A program made the position numbers and the translations under genes. Of a stretch of 64,000 nt of DNA, positions 1 through 9,663 are shown one piece after another (position 1 is the stretch's first letter; the number at the start of each line of letters is the position of its first letter). Under the pieces are notes generated by a model that was not told the origin of the DNA, did no database searches, and saw nothing but the letters and a program-made list of their open reading frames with translations. Source of the stretch: Saprospirales bacterium (lineage in GTDB: Bacteria > Bacteroidota > Bacteroidia > Chitinophagales > Saprospiraceae); assembly GCA_007695035.1 (NCBI GenBank), contig REEO01000025.1, positions 329 to 64,328 on the forward strand, written 5' to 3'.

Positions 1-191
1 AAAATTGAATATTCGTTTCATGCAAGAAAAAACTTTGCCTTACCTTTGTAAAGGAAATTAATTACTGGCAAAAAGAAGATAGTAATTAGTTGAAGACCAG
101 CAAACTAACGTGTTTGCTTAGGGTAAATTATTGGTATATCGATAGTCCTGGTTTTTGAATAACTGTTTTGAAGCACTGATCAAACCGCTTT

Positions 192-199
192 TATCTTTG
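192..199 (+). promoter_or_regulatory. candidate Bacteroidota -7 promoter box (TAnnTTTG)
   Basis: TATCTTTG lies at 192-199, 39 nt upstream of a 21-codon hydrophobic sORF (238-303). No annotated gene follows. Confidence 0.25.
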
Positions 200-612
200 T
201 GGTATAATATTTATTAATTCACTAAAACTGTTTGATCATGAATTTTCTTCAACTACTTCTGATGCTCCTTACTATTATCGGTGATGACATTGATGGCATA
301 TAAGGAACTAGAAAAAAACCAGGTTGATGGCGTATCCATCACAGAAAAGATAAAGTTAAAAGTCTGCAAAGCTTCGCTTTGCAAAGCTAGCTACGGAATG
401 AGGCACAAAAAAAGGTGTGTATCACTTATGACACACACCTTAAAAACCCCAAAATAACCAATTTCCGTTGTTAGCTGCAAATATAGGTATGGATATGTGA
501 TGTATCCAAATAATATAGCTATAATTTATTGTATTTTTATTATGGTTATTTGTATTTAATTGATTATTAATAATTCATTATTGCTTTGCTGGTTTGACCA
601 GAAAAAGAAATT

Positions 613-645
613 GACCCGTAGCTAATGTGTTGCGGGTCTTTTTTT
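613..645 (+). terminator. hairpin plus T-run, rho-independent terminator-like
   Basis: GACCCG (613-618) pairs with CGGGTC (633-638) and is followed by TTTTTTT. No long ORF lies upstream on the + strand. Confidence 0.4.
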
Positions 646-850
646 GCTTCCCGGGTCATATTTTCCTCTAAAACCAGATCGCAAATCAGCTCCAATATTC
701 TCTCCGGATCACCTTTTAGCCCTAATTTGATAACCTTCATGAATGCTTTTCCCCCACTGGCTTAAACTTTTTCCAGTCTAAGTGGAAAATCTCTTTTGAT
801 CAACCTTAGGTTAGGGCAGAAACTTGCATCGGGATAAGCTGAGGAAAAGG

Positions 851-883
851 AAAAAAAGCGCATAATCGGATATGCGCTTTTTT
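851..883. terminator. bidirectional hairpin terminator downstream of prmA
   Basis: The sequence is AAAAAAA-GCGCATA-loop-TATGCGC-TTTTTT, about 130 nt beyond the prmA stop. Confidence 0.55.
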
Positions 884-1013
884 CTAACTAAACTTATTAT
901 ATATGAGTCCCTAAATAACGCAATTCTGTTTATAATTATTTTAGTGCCGCATAAAAAAACCTTGTCTCCTGCTCAGTGTTACCGGAATCGGTCTGAAATT
1001 GCTCAATGCGTTA

Positions 1014-1871
1014 TCAGGGCGTTTTGATCGGAATGACCTTTTTTCTCAAATGTGTGCAAATCCAATCTGTATTTTCGTCTACCATGGAATCTATATAATT
1101 CAGTTCCCCGGCTGCATAGATTATCTCTCCTAGGTTTTTTTTCAGAACACCTGAGAGCAGAAGGTCTCCGCCGGGCACCAACATGGTTTCAATGTTGTGC
1201 ATTTGGTCCGTTAAGATATTCAGATTGATGTTGGCCAGCACTATTTCGTACCTTAAATCTTCGAGGGTTCCCGCAGTTTCTCTCTTGACCTCGATGACGC
1301 TGCAGTTGTTGGCCCGGGCATTGGCTTTGGTGTTTTCCGTACAGATGGGGTCGTGGTCAATGGCCGTCACATGAGCAGCTCCCAGTTTTTCTGCAGCGAT
1401 GGAAAGTATTCCACTGCCACAACCCAGGTCGCATACCCGTCTCAATTGCATGTCCAACCGCTCCATCATTAGCAGCATCATTTGGGTGGTGGGGTGGTGG
1501 CCTGTTCCAAAAGCCATTTGGGGTTCAATGATTAGAGTGTTATCAAAACCGGGCTTTTCGGGGTGAAAGGGTGCGCGGATGTACCAGGACGTTCCTAATT
1601 CGACTGGCTCTAAGGAATTCTCCCACATTTTATTCCAGTTCTTCGGTTGCTGCAACTTTTTCTTATACGGCATCCCCATTTCTTGCAATCTTTTCTCAAA
1701 TTCTTCCAGTGCCTCTGTCCCGGATTCCGGAATATAAAATAGCCAGGCATCTTCGCGCTCTTCGGAACCGGCCACTTGATGGGTGTAGGTAAGTAGATCA
1801 AGTTTATCTTCCGTGGTCTCTTTTTTCGGCACACTAATCACCCACCAGGGTGTGATATTATCAAACATCAA
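1014..1871 (-). CDS. prmA: ribosomal protein L11 methyltransferase
   Basis: 285 aa. It has a PrmA-like layout with the SAM-binding motif VCDLGCGSGILSIAAEKLGA and the FGTGHHPTT motif. Confidence 0.9.
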   Translation of the reverse strand: MMFDNITPWWVISVPKKETTEDKLDLLTYTHQVAGSEEREDAWLFYIPESGTEALEEFEKRLQEMGMPYKKKLQQPKNWNKMWENSLEPVELGTSWYIRAPFHPEKPGFDNTLIIEPQMAFGTGHHPTTQMMLLMMERLDMQLRRVCDLGCGSGILSIAAEKLGAAHVTAIDHDPICTENTKANARANNCSVIEVKRETAGTLEDLRYEIVLANINLNILTDQMHNIETMLVPGGDLLLSGVLKKNLGEIIYAAGELNYIDSMVDENTDWICTHLRKKVIPIKTP

Positions 1872-1883
1872 TACAGGTGTTTT

Positions 1884-2765
1884 TTAGGAGTAAATTGACT
1901 TATTTCTTGCGTGTAGGGTGTTTTTCAACAAAGCAGTCACGGTCATCAGTCCTACACCGCCGGGCACCGGGGTGATATAACTGCAGCTGGGGCTCACATT
2001 ATCAAAATCTACATCCCCTACAATGCGGTATCCTTTTTTCTTGCTACTGTCATCAACACGGTTTATTCCGACATCAATGACTACCGCCCCCTCTTTGATC
2101 ATATTCACTGTAACGAAATTTGGTTTTCCAATGGCGGCAATTACAATATCCGCCCGGCGAAGCTCTGCTCCGATGTCTTTGGTCCTGGAGTGAGTGAGGG
2201 TGACCGTACAATTGCCGGGCTTGTTTTTTCTGGACATCAATATGGACATGGGAGTTCCCACTATATTAGATCTTCCGACCACCACACAGTGCTTGCCGGA
2301 TGTGTCAATATCGTACCTTTCCAACATCATCAGAATGCCGTAGGGAGTAGCGGGTAAAAAAGCGGGCATTCCCTGAGCCATCCTTCCAAAATTCACAGGG
2401 TGAAATCCATCTACATCTTTTCGGTGGTCAATGGCCAAGTTGACGCGCTCCTCATCTATGTGGTCGGGAAGGGGCAGTTGCACTATGTAGCCGTCGATAC
2501 CTTCGTCCTGGTTGAGTTTATCGATAATCCCCAGGAGCTCTGCTTCTGAAGTATCGACTGGTTTCTCAATCAAGGTGGATTCAAAACCGATTTTTTTACA
2601 GTTTTTCACCTTGCTTTTGACGTAAAAAGTGGAGGCCGGATCATTCCCCACCAATAAAGCGGCGAGGTGAGGTGGTCTTTGGCCGGATTTTACAATTCTG
2701 CTGACTTCCTCGGCCATTTCGTCCTTTATCTCAGCCGAGAGCTTTTTCCCATCTAATAATTTCAT
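1884..2765 (-). CDS. folD: bifunctional methylenetetrahydrofolate dehydrogenase/cyclohydrolase
   Basis: FolD motifs are present: MKLLDGKKLS..., YVKSKVK, VVGRSNIVG, PVPGGVGLMT. I placed the start at the ATG at 2765 (MKLLDGK), inside the longer 2825 ORF. Confidence 0.93.
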   Translation of the reverse strand: MKLLDGKKLSAEIKDEMAEEVSRIVKSGQRPPHLAALLVGNDPASTFYVKSKVKNCKKIGFESTLIEKPVDTSEAELLGIIDKLNQDEGIDGYIVQLPLPDHIDEERVNLAIDHRKDVDGFHPVNFGRMAQGMPAFLPATPYGILMMLERYDIDTSGKHCVVVGRSNIVGTPMSILMSRKNKPGNCTVTLTHSRTKDIGAELRRADIVIAAIGKPNFVTVNMIKEGAVVIDVGINRVDDSSKKKGYRIVGDVDFDNVSPSCSYITPVPGGVGLMTVTALLKNTLHARNKSIYS

Positions 2766-2991
2766 GATTTGCGGATTTTTGCGCCAAATTAAGGGAAATT
2801 GGACAAACGAAAGGCAATTTTCCACCTTTCTTGAACCAAAATTTCAGGGTTTAAATATTCTACACCGCAAAGAAAAATGATCGGGAACATTGGTCAATCA
2901 TGAAATTCCCCTCGTGTATTTAAAACTTGCGACTGTGTTCTTTTGTCTCCTATTTGCGACACATATTATTATTTACACAAAACCAGAGAGC

Positions 2992-4524
2992 TTGAAAAAA
3001 CTCAGACTAATTCTCGGAGATCAACTCAATGTCGAACACCGGTGGTTTGACCAGGTGGATGATGAAGTGACTTATTGCATGTTTGAAATGCGGCAGGAAA
3101 CGGATTATGTGACCCATCACATTCAAAAGGTCCTGGCCTTTTTTCTCGCAATGAGAGCCTTTGCTGATAAACTGAGAGACCGGGGAAACCGCTTGATATA
3201 CCTGGAAGTCGATCATCCCAAAAACCTGCAGGACCTCGGTGAAAATATTGAGATGCTAATCCAAAGGCTCGGCATCGAAAAGTTTGAGTACCAATTGCCC
3301 GATGAGTACAGATTGGACCAACAACTCAAGGAAATTTGCGGCGAAATCAATGTCCCTTCCGAGGTTTTTGATACAGAGCATTTTCTCACTGAGCGGGACG
3401 AGGTGAAGAACTATTTTAGCGAGCGCGAATTTTTGATGGAGCGTTTTTACCGCCACATGCGAAAAAAGCACAATGTGCTTATGCAGGGTGATAAACCCCT
3501 GGGCGGTAGGTGGAACTACGACAGGGAAAACCGCAAAAAGATTCCGGACGGTGTGGAAATCCCCTCTCCAAATTGGTTTGAAAGAGAAGTGGGCGACCTG
3601 ATGGAGAAAATTGAAAGCGCCGGTATTAAAACCATGGGTCGCCTCGAGGATCGTACATTGAGATGGCCTGTTACCCGAGAGGAGGCCATAACAGCGCTCG
3701 ATTATTTCATCGACAAACTATTGCCCAATTTCGGTAAGTATCAGGATGCCATGACCCACCGTTCACCCTTTTTGTTTCACTCCAGACTGTCATTCGCGCT
3801 AAATGTCAAACTCCTGCATCCGCTCGAGGTCATCCGGGCTGTAGAACAACGAATGGACGGAGATGAAGAAGATGAGACGAACCTGGCACAGGTCGAGGGC
3901 TTTATTCGCCAGATTTTAGGGTGGCGTGAGTACATGCGAGGGGTTTACTGGGCCAAAGTGCCGGAGTACTTCACCAAAAACTATTTTGAACACACGGCAC
4001 CCTTGCCTTCCTGGTACTGGACCGGAGAAACCAAAATGGAGTGCCTGCATCACGCCATCAATCAATCACTGGATCACGCTTATGCACATCACATTCAGCG
4101 CTTGATGGTCACGGGAAATTTTGCACTGCTGGCCGGCTGCTCTCCCGATGAGGTGGATGCCTGGTATCTCGGAATTTACATCGATGCCATTGAGTGGGTG
4201 GAGATTACCAACACCAGGGGCATGAGCCAGTATGCCGACGGGGGGCTCCTGGCTACCAAGCCCTATATTTCCTCCGCCAATTACATCAATAAGATGTCCG
4301 ACTACTGCAAAAACTGCAAGTACGATCCCAAAAAGAAAACCGGTGAGGATGCCTGTCCCTTTAATAGCCTTTACTGGAACTTCCTGATGAAGCACGAGAA
4401 GCTCCTGGAGAAAAATCACAGGATGTCCATGATGTATAATTTGCTCAATAAAATGGATGAAGAGGAACGCCGGGAGTTGAAAAATCAGGCTGAAAAGTAC
4501 CTCGGTATTATTGACAAGCTCTGA
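2992..4524 (+). CDS. cryptochrome/photolyase-family protein, FeS-BCP / (6-4) photolyase (PhrB/CryB, COG3046) type
   Basis: The family-typical N-terminus KKLRLILGDQLN appears if translation starts at TTG 2992 (the ORF is open from 2890). The C-terminus has MEC...C-x2-C-x12-C (DYCKNCKYDPKKKTGEDACPF), matching the spacing of the 4-Cys [4Fe-4S] ligand set of PhrB. Confidence 0.8.
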   Translation: MKKLRLILGDQLNVEHRWFDQVDDEVTYCMFEMRQETDYVTHHIQKVLAFFLAMRAFADKLRDRGNRLIYLEVDHPKNLQDLGENIEMLIQRLGIEKFEYQLPDEYRLDQQLKEICGEINVPSEVFDTEHFLTERDEVKNYFSEREFLMERFYRHMRKKHNVLMQGDKPLGGRWNYDRENRKKIPDGVEIPSPNWFEREVGDLMEKIESAGIKTMGRLEDRTLRWPVTREEAITALDYFIDKLLPNFGKYQDAMTHRSPFLFHSRLSFALNVKLLHPLEVIRAVEQRMDGDEEDETNLAQVEGFIRQILGWREYMRGVYWAKVPEYFTKNYFEHTAPLPSWYWTGETKMECLHHAINQSLDHAYAHHIQRLMVTGNFALLAGCSPDEVDAWYLGIYIDAIEWVEITNTRGMSQYADGGLLATKPYISSANYINKMSDYCKNCKYDPKKKTGEDACPFNSLYWNFLMKHEKLLEKNHRMSMMYNLLNKMDEEERRELKNQAEKYLGIIDKL

Positions 4525-4574
4525 TTTTTTCTCACAAAAAAACACGGGGAATTTTTTGCTTCCGAAAAAAGCCT

Positions 4575-4582
4575 TAATTTTG
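4575..4582 (+). promoter_or_regulatory. candidate -7 box (TAATTTTG) upstream of tRNA-Ser
   Basis: Exact TAnnTTTG match about 55 nt upstream of the tRNA 5' end. Confidence 0.35.
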
Positions 4583-4636
4583 CAGCCGCTGAGAAAAAGT
4601 CCCTCGGCTGTGATTAAATAAGATTGTACAATTTTT

Positions 4637-4727
4637 GGAGGAGTGGCAGAGCTGGCTTAATGCACCGGTCTTGAAAACCGGCGTGCCCGAGAGGGTACCG
4701 GGGGTTCGAATCCCTCCTCCTCCGCCA
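4637..4727 (+). tRNA. tRNA-Ser (anticodon TGA), CCA encoded
   Basis: The acceptor stem pairs GGAGGAG with CTCCTCC. The anticodon loop is CU-TGA-AA, there is a long variable arm and a GGTTCGAATCC T-arm, and the 3' end reads G-CCA. Confidence 0.92.
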
Positions 4728-4730
4728 CAA

Positions 4731-4770
4731 AAGCCCGGCAGTAACTTTTTACAGTTTCCGGGCTTTTTTT
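4731..4770 (+). terminator. hairpin plus T-run after tRNA-Ser
   Basis: AAGCCCGG pairs with CCGGGCTT and is followed by TTTTTT. Confidence 0.6.
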
Positions 4771-5003
4771 ATGCCCCTTAGTCAGCAGATTTTACGTTTT
4801 TTTAAAGTGCCGGATCCATGAAAAATGATACTTGTAGAGAAATTCCCCTACATCGACCTGGACCGGATTTCAGCCGTACTTACCTTTTGAAAATTCTGAT
4901 TCGGTTGGCAAAATAATCTTCCTTCCCAGCTTGCGAAACCGGAGCAAATGGGGTGAAAATATATTGATAATATGGTTTCCTGGTGGAAAGCTAATCCAGT
5001 TTG

Positions 5004-5375
<372 letters not shown>

Positions 5376-5408
5376 CTAATCAATTTCCCCGGCAATTGTT
5401 TAGTTCCT

Positions 5409-5416
5409 CAAAGGTA
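5409..5416 (-). promoter_or_regulatory. candidate -7 box (TACCTTTG on the minus strand) upstream of the ferredoxin gene
   Basis: The plus strand reads CAAAGGTA, 58 nt upstream of the start codon. Confidence 0.35.
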
Positions 5417-5564
5417 ATAATTTAGCCTGGTATCTCCATGTATAAAGGTCAATATTGCAGCTCGAAATGACAATAATAGGGATGCAATGACCATTTATTG
5501 TGATAATATTAGCAACTTTGTGGCCAAATCGAGTGGGTTGAATGCCTTCTCAAAAATCTGAGTT

Positions 5565-6638
5565 ATGTTGCGATGGATGTGTGTGTTGGTTATGGTATTT
5601 TTTATCGCCCCTGAAGTGAAAGGACAAATGCTATTTCAGGTCGATGATTTCAGTGCTTTTGAGGAAGACCTGACCATTACAGGGGATGCGCGCATTATTG
5701 ATAACCGGCTTAGACTCACACCATCGGAGAGATATCAGCAGGGTGCTACTTGGTTTTCCCGTCAGCAAATCGATCTACAGCGCGGCTTTGAAACTGAATT
5801 CATATTCAAATTGACCAATCACGACCCCGAGCACGAGGGTGGTGATGGGTTTGCCTTTGTGGTCCACAACAACGACCTGCAGGAACTCGGTGGCTTTGGA
5901 GACAGCATTGGATACAAGGGGTTGAGTGGGGGTGTGGCCATTGAATTCGACACCTATGACAACGATGAGGGCAGCCGTAATCATGTCACCCTCAGTTACT
6001 TTGACCCCGGGGAAGGAGGTTTTAAACGACATGCCACCGTACATCAGATTCCTGAAATGAGCGATGGCGAACCGCATTACGCACGTATTACCTATGCGGA
6101 TGGTTTTCTAACCTTTTGGTTGGACAGTTATATCTTTCCGGTACTCTCCTCCAAGTTGGACCTGCCGGCCATTTTGGGAACTGACAAGGCATGGTTGGGT
6201 TTTACCAGTGCAACCTCTTTTGCCCATTCCGATCACGATATTTTGGAATGGATGGTGGGTGAGTTTTTGCCTCCACCTGACCTGGCCATAGAAAACATCA
6301 GGGTGGAACCAAAATACACCGTGGAAGTCCAGAGCCGTAATTTAAGGATAAGTGTATGGGACCACAATCAAATTGACGGGGATATCATATCTCTAAAGGT
6401 CGGAGACCAGTGGCTAATCAATGAGTACGAATTGGTGAGAGCGAGAAAAACCGTGCCCTACACCTTTACCGGTTTCAATACCACCATTATTCTCTACGCA
6501 CACAACCTCGGCGATATTCCTCCCAATACTGCCGCCGTGGCCATTGACGATGGGGTGGAAACTCAAACCATAAACCTCGAGGCCGATCTCGAAAACAGCG
6601 AAGCCATTGAGATCATTTACAGAGGTCCAGCGGATTGA
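5565..6638 (+). CDS. secreted protein with an L-type (legume-like) lectin / ConA-like domain
   Basis: Signal peptide MLRWMCVLVMVFFIAPEVKGQ. It has GDGFAFVV and AIEFDTYDN motifs typical of the legume-lectin fold, plus a C-terminal ~110-aa domain of unknown type. Confidence 0.6.
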   Translation: MLRWMCVLVMVFFIAPEVKGQMLFQVDDFSAFEEDLTITGDARIIDNRLRLTPSERYQQGATWFSRQQIDLQRGFETEFIFKLTNHDPEHEGGDGFAFVVHNNDLQELGGFGDSIGYKGLSGGVAIEFDTYDNDEGSRNHVTLSYFDPGEGGFKRHATVHQIPEMSDGEPHYARITYADGFLTFWLDSYIFPVLSSKLDLPAILGTDKAWLGFTSATSFAHSDHDILEWMVGEFLPPPDLAIENIRVEPKYTVEVQSRNLRISVWDHNQIDGDIISLKVGDQWLINEYELVRARKTVPYTFTGFNTTIILYAHNLGDIPPNTAAVAIDDGVETQTINLEADLENSEAIEIIYRGPAD

Positions 6639-6715
6639 GTTTGAAATATGCCTACCGTTTTATATAGTTAACAGTCGGTTGCTAAATCCTATTCTCTCAA
6701 TCAGAATCTATATAC

Positions 6716-8056
6716 CTACCAGGGTCTGGGCAATACCCACTCCTGATTGCCAAAATAATTCCATCTAACATCCAAAAGGTCCATTTCCGGATCGGTAAAT
6801 TGCTTCAGTGGACGGCCATTCACAGAAACGCGCGTATTGACATAGACACTGACCTCGCTGTAACCCTTTGCCAAAAATTCCTCTTCCAGATAACGAGCGA
6901 ATGTAAACATCATATCGGGTCTGGTGGATACGCCGTTAATTTGATGCTCCCCGAGCCGCTCTCTGAGATTAATTCTGTGCTGTTTATTCTGATCTGTTTC
7001 AATCGTGAAATGAGCAATCCCGGATTTGGTTCTCAGCATCATCCTCCAGCTCAGCCGGTGTCCCGCCTCGGTCCACAGTACATCATCCGGGATGAAGTGG
7101 TGCCGGACAGGCAGTACCAACATCAATCCGATGAAGCCGGCAAATGCGTATTTTATCAGGGCTTTTTGGGTGGGAGTGTGATTGAAAATGGCCGGACTCA
7201 GTATCCGGTCCTTTGACACCAGCTTCTCGATGCTTTTTGTCGGGAAAAAGAAGATCGAAAAGGCCAGGGCGAAGTACGGAAATATGCCGATTTGAAACAC
7301 GGCCGAGTTGAACAGGTGAAATCCCAGTGATGCGATAATGGCGAACCAACGGGTTCTTTTCCACAACAGCATGGGCACCACTAGTAAATCGTAGCCGATG
7401 CCTGCATAGGAGAGGAAGTGCGGGACCCAGTCTATTTGGAGTAACGGTCCAATTATGGGCAGATCGGCCCTGGCAGTCATCCAAATGGTCAAAGGTCTTG
7501 CCTCCAGCCAATCGGGATACAATTTATTAATAGCTGCGAAAAAATAAACAATGGCTATCAGGCACATAAAAAGCAGTCTCGGCCAGGCGGGAATCTGGTT
7601 TCGGTAAATAGCAGGATTTTTTTTAGCATCCAGGGCAAAACGCTTACCCACGGGAAGGAAGACAAATATCCATGAAACCACCATTACCAGGTAGTAGTGG
7701 TTGTTGTAGTTGCTCTTCTGCATCAGATAAGTCAGTGACCAAAGGATTGCCAAAAATACAATGGAGTATTTGTACTTATATCCCAGCATCACCCCGATGG
7801 AAAAAACTCCCATGAGGAAAAAGACCCCGTACATTGGTGTCCCAATGAGGACTTGTGTCCATTCAAATCCGAAAAAGGGAAAGGTGTAATTGACATCCAC
7901 AAAGGTCCTCCTTACCCAGCCGGTGGCTATTGCACCCCAGGCTTCCGCCAGCATCAGGAGCCCGAACGCAATTCTGAATATCTCAATAGGTGCATTGCTC
8001 TCCGCAGAGAAGAGCCAATTCTCGTATTTGCGGCTGTAGCCGACGGAATGTTCCAT
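6716..8056 (-). CDS. HTTM (vitamin K-dependent gamma-carboxylase-like) domain membrane protein
   Basis: 446 aa. The N-terminus IEIFRIAFGLLMLAEAW is followed by multiple TM helices and a soluble C-terminal domain, which is the HTTM family layout. Confidence 0.7.
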   Translation of the reverse strand: MEHSVGYSRKYENWLFSAESNAPIEIFRIAFGLLMLAEAWGAIATGWVRRTFVDVNYTFPFFGFEWTQVLIGTPMYGVFFLMGVFSIGVMLGYKYKYSIVFLAILWSLTYLMQKSNYNNHYYLVMVVSWIFVFLPVGKRFALDAKKNPAIYRNQIPAWPRLLFMCLIAIVYFFAAINKLYPDWLEARPLTIWMTARADLPIIGPLLQIDWVPHFLSYAGIGYDLLVVPMLLWKRTRWFAIIASLGFHLFNSAVFQIGIFPYFALAFSIFFFPTKSIEKLVSKDRILSPAIFNHTPTQKALIKYAFAGFIGLMLVLPVRHHFIPDDVLWTEAGHRLSWRMMLRTKSGIAHFTIETDQNKQHRINLRERLGEHQINGVSTRPDMMFTFARYLEEEFLAKGYSEVSVYVNTRVSVNGRPLKQFTDPEMDLLDVRWNYFGNQEWVLPRPW

Positions 8057-8071
8057 TCTGATCGGTAATTT

Positions 8072-8788
8072 TTACGGCATTGATTCGCCGCTGCAATATG
8101 CACAAAATTCCGCAGATGGATACAAGGTTTCGAAAGGATTGGGGTGATTCACACCACTTTTTTTCAATGTCTTCTTATATACAGACACAAATTGTTCGTC
8201 CTTTTTCATGATCCCACTCACTGCTCGCGCGATTTTGAAGTACCGCTCGGGATCTTCCACCCCGGGAATAGGATGCGCCTGAAAGGTTTCGCAAACAGCC
8301 ACCAACCAGCCGAAACGGTAGGGTACGTATTTCTCCGGGTATTTCAGACTCAGGTAGAGAGAAATAATCCGGTAGTCGTGGTAGTGATTGTTGTCGCTCA
8401 GCCCCCGGTATTTAGCTTTGTAAAAACCCAGTAATTGGTCGCAGTAGAAAACAAAGCGGTCCATCCGTTGCAGTAAATCGAGCTCTTCGTTGTACAATTC
8501 CCGGAACGCCTGTGCAGTGATATCCGGTTGCAATTTGAAGAACTCCGACATCATTTCCCGGGGCTGGTAATTTTCATCCACCCAAAATGCGCGGGAAATA
8601 TCGCTGCGGATACTCGCCCTGTACATTTCGACAGGATTTTCCGATACGGGTGCCCAGTTTTTCCTGAAATGCTCCCGTATCTCCCAAATGGCTGAAACCT
8701 GTGGGTCCTTTTCCAGCTTGCTTTTGAACTTCTCCAGATTCTCTCTGATCGACGCTAATCTCACCTGGTCAGAGTTTTGATTCATCAA
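8072..8788 (-). CDS. hypothetical protein
   Basis: 238-aa ORF with no motif I can name. It overlaps the upstream gene by 20 nt and ends 15 nt before the HTTM gene, so it is probably co-transcribed. Confidence 0.55.
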   Translation of the reverse strand: MMNQNSDQVRLASIRENLEKFKSKLEKDPQVSAIWEIREHFRKNWAPVSENPVEMYRASIRSDISRAFWVDENYQPREMMSEFFKLQPDITAQAFRELYNEELDLLQRMDRFVFYCDQLLGFYKAKYRGLSDNNHYHDYRIISLYLSLKYPEKYVPYRFGWLVAVCETFQAHPIPGVEDPERYFKIARAVSGIMKKDEQFVSVYKKTLKKSGVNHPNPFETLYPSAEFCAYCSGESMP

Positions 8789-9029
8789 AGCGGAGAATAC
8801 CCTTGCCGATTTTGAGTACGACCATGGCTTGTTGTTTTTCCAGTGCTTCCCTTATGTCAAGAGTGAGCGCCTCCATGAGAGTGTCATATTGGCCGAAAAC
8901 CTGCGTACTCACGCCATTCGACTCCACTGTGAGGCCTTTGTGGCGCCTGAGTTTTCTCAAAAATTCCTTGACCCTGTCTTTGTAATCGTCGTGCAGTGGA
9001 TAAATACTGAGTTCTGCGGTAGCTTCCAT
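8769..9029 (-). CDS. small MTH1187/YkoF-like (DUF77) protein, tentative
   Basis: 86 aa. The pattern AELSIYPL...V..FL..L....GL.VE....T.V.G.YD.LMEAL...VLKI resembles DUF77 thiamine-binding-like proteins. Confidence 0.45.
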   Translation of the reverse strand: MEATAELSIYPLHDDYKDRVKEFLRKLRRHKGLTVESNGVSTQVFGQYDTLMEALTLDIREALEKQQAMVVLKIGKGILRFDESKL

Positions 9030-9159
9030 GATTAAATTATTTTTGTTCGTAATATTTTAAGATTTTGACAATCCTTTTGCGACATTTGCGCCTGTAAAAG
9101 GAAGTGACTTTTTCTGACCTTCTACCTTATATTAATGGTTCAATTTCCGCATTGTTGAA

Positions 9160-9438
9160 ATGAGTGATTCCAAAACCATAGAGCTGAGGATTTACGGCAA
9201 AGTACAGGGAGTCTGGTACCGCGCATCCACCAAAGAAAAGGCCCTTCAACTAGGTCTGAGTGGTTATGTTATGAACAAAGCAGACGGCTCCGTAATGGCT
9301 CAGGCGACAGGCCCGGAAAATTCCCTGGAAGAACTCATTGACTGGTGTCATAAGGGTCCGGCTGAGGCCAAAGTTAAGGAGGTAAAAGTCCTGAAAATTC
9401 CCCTTAGACGATTTGAGGGATTCGATATCAGACGATAG
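9160..9438 (+). CDS. acyP: acylphosphatase
   Basis: 92 aa. It has the GKVQGVWYR motif and the typical beta-alpha-beta length. Confidence 0.85.
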   Translation: MSDSKTIELRIYGKVQGVWYRASTKEKALQLGLSGYVMNKADGSVMAQATGPENSLEELIDWCHKGPAEAKVKEVKVLKIPLRRFEGFDIRR

Positions 9439-9663
9439 TTTTTATAAAATTATATTTTATTGAAAAGCAATGATTTATACATTGTTCGAGGATTTTTTTA
9501 CAATGAATGTTAACTCTAATATTTGGAAACTTTATATATTTACGAACTCTAATGTTTTACCGATTTCGTTGAACAAATCAATCGACTTTTTTTAGACTCT
9601 GAACCGGGAATTGCAGCTAATAAAAGTCGGTATTTCATAAAACATCTAAAATTTATTATAATT

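Noticed and set aside
567-740. 57-codon minus-strand ORF (MKVIKLGLKGDPERILELI...).
   Set aside because: It is below the ORF-track threshold, has no recognisable motif, and contains a terminator-like hairpin with an A/T run inside it. It is mentioned under the edge-region finding only.
2890-2991. 34-codon N-terminal extension of the photolyase-like ORF.
   Set aside because: The extension is hydrophobic and not family-like. An in-frame TTG at 2992 gives the canonical N-terminus.
9439-9663. Looked for a cobalamin riboswitch or NrdR box upstream of the B12-dependent RNR.
   Set aside because: The leader is AT-rich with no B12-box-like or paired NrdR-box-like sequence.
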